From a virus (Duplodnaviria; Caudoviricetes), in IMG/VR virus record IMGVR_UViG_3300033067_002102, positions 1-63,261 of that record: 63,261 nucleotides of DNA; one strand, given 5' to 3'. Positions 62,316-63,261 of the stretch are shown here, in pieces; position 1 is the first letter of the stretch, and the number at the start of each line of letters is the position of its first letter. A program made the translations under genes and the position numbers. The notes beneath the pieces are model-generated. The model saw nothing but the letters and a program-made list of their open reading frames with translations. It searched no databases and was not told where the DNA came from.

Positions 62316-63261
62316 TGTCCGGCTCCTTTTCTTCGGTTTTGAGGTTGAGCGCTTCGCGCGCGATTTCGTCCAACTTGTCTTCGCCGTTCTTGAGCGGCGG
62401 GATGCGCATGCCCTTCGACTCCTCCACGAGCTTGGAGTAGAGCATCACGCGCAACTTGTTGGAGCGCGAGACGAGCAAGCGTTCACGCACCGCGTCCCAC
62501 GTTTCGTTGCTCATGGCGCGTAGCTCCTTCGCGCTCTTCTTCGTGAGCATGGTGAGCTTTTTGGCGAAGTCCTTGGGGCTCGTGTAGTTCGTGACGCCCG
62601 GCGCGCGCCAGTCGTCCCAGTCCGGCGCGAGCACCGCGGCGCCAGCCCACGCGCCCTCCAAGATGCTGATGTTGCTCTTGGCGCGATTGAAACTCGTGTC
62701 CGCGAGCGGCACCACGAGGATGGAGGGTTGCAGTTTGCCAAGAAGTTCAAACCACTCCAGCACGCCGTGCCACTCGTATTCCTCGATGCTCGCATGCGGC
62801 ATCTTCGGGTGAAGGTGGTGCATGCTCATGCCGCAGAAGGTCCACACAGCCGGCGCGCCTTCGTGCGCGGCGCGAATGAAGCCGTCTGCAAACTTCGCCA
62901 TGTCATCCACGTGCGACTGGCCGCCGCGCCACAGGATACGGCGGAAGGGGAGCCGCTCTTCGCCGCGCCGGAGGACGAAGCGGTCATCAAAGCCGTTCGG
63001 GATGACCGCGATACGCCGGTTGAGCGGGAGCCACTTCATCTTCAAATCCACTGTGGAGACCGTAAGGAGGTCCGCCTCCGTGATGAAGTTCTTGATAAAC
63101 TCTTGCACCGCGGCCGGCGAGTAGACCGGAAACATCATGTTGTGGCGCGGGATGCCGGTGTAGTCGTCATCGTAATCCACCACCACGGGGATGCCGAGCG
63201 TCTTGGCCCACTTCATGGCCGCAAGGTCTTCATTGCGGCACGGGCGCTGGAGGATGAGGAG
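62293..63261 (-). CDS. C-terminal part of the GT-B (GT4-like) glycosyltransferase that starts at 153 (373 aa in total)
   Basis: LILQRP, VVVDYDDD, ADLLTVST, VIPNG, VPL..SFNRAKSNI..LE. Confidence 0.9.
   Translation of the reverse strand, partial: LLILQRPCRNEDLAAMKWAKTLGIPVVVDYDDDYTGIPRHNMMFPVYSPAAVQEFIKNFITEADLLTVSTVDLKMKWLPLNRRIAVIPNGFDDRFVLRRGEERLPFRRILWRGGQSHVDDMAKFADGFIRAAHEGAPAVWTFCGMSMHHLHPKMPHASIEEYEWHGVLEWFELLGKLQPSILVVPLADTSFNRAKSNISILEGAWAGAAVLAPDWDDWRAPGVTNYTSPKDFAKKLTMLTKKSAKELRAMSNETWDAVRERLLVSRSNKLRVMLYSKLVEESKGMRIPPLKNGEDKLDEIAREALNLKTEEKEPDNAVVPQA

Larger units (their letters stand above)
1..63261. mobile_element. Complete circularly permuted tailed-phage genome, myovirus morphotype
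   Basis: Full terminase/portal/capsid/sheath/tube/baseplate/lysis and replication gene sets; no host genes; one ORF reads in frame across the 1/63261 junction. Confidence 0.93.

Noticed and set aside
1-63261. tRNA genes, integrase/att site, alternative genetic code
   Set aside because: No cloverleaf or recombinase motifs noticed; all core genes are intact under the standard code

Overview
The window is almost certainly one complete, circularly permuted 63,261-bp genome of a GC-rich (about two-thirds GC by eye) contractile-tailed dsDNA phage. A glycosyltransferase ORF starting at 153 on the minus strand reads in frame off base 1 and continues at 63261. There are two divergent arms separated by a ~190-bp palindrome at 26640-26828. 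The minus-strand arm (26536 to 1, wrapping to ~57560) holds primase-helicase, PD-(D/E)XK nuclease, SF2 helicase, a probable SSB, family A DNA polymerase, ThyX, ATP-dependent ligase, a RuvC-like resolvase, DUF932, many small early genes, and three glycosyltransferases plus a methyltransferase. The plus-strand arm (26900-57594) holds a ParB-like gene, terminases, portal, head, sheath/tube/baseplate, fibres and a Gram-negative-type lysis cassette. I saw no integrase, tRNA, CRISPR array or reverse transcriptase; the host cannot be determined from sequence alone. Most notable: (i) stand-alone truncated look-alikes of the tail sheath C-terminus and of a baseplate wedge protein among the early genes (possible decoy or tail-assembly-interference module); (ii) a thrice-repeated, covarying structured RNA element in promoter/leaderless-gene cassettes, with a 12-nt complement in a separate structured intergenic region; (iii) the large central palindrome; (iv) a degenerate UDG-like domain fused to the prohead protease; (v) fibre/lectin genes with signal-peptide-like N-termini alongside a glycosylation cluster. 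All family assignments are from motif recognition by eye; no database searches were run.
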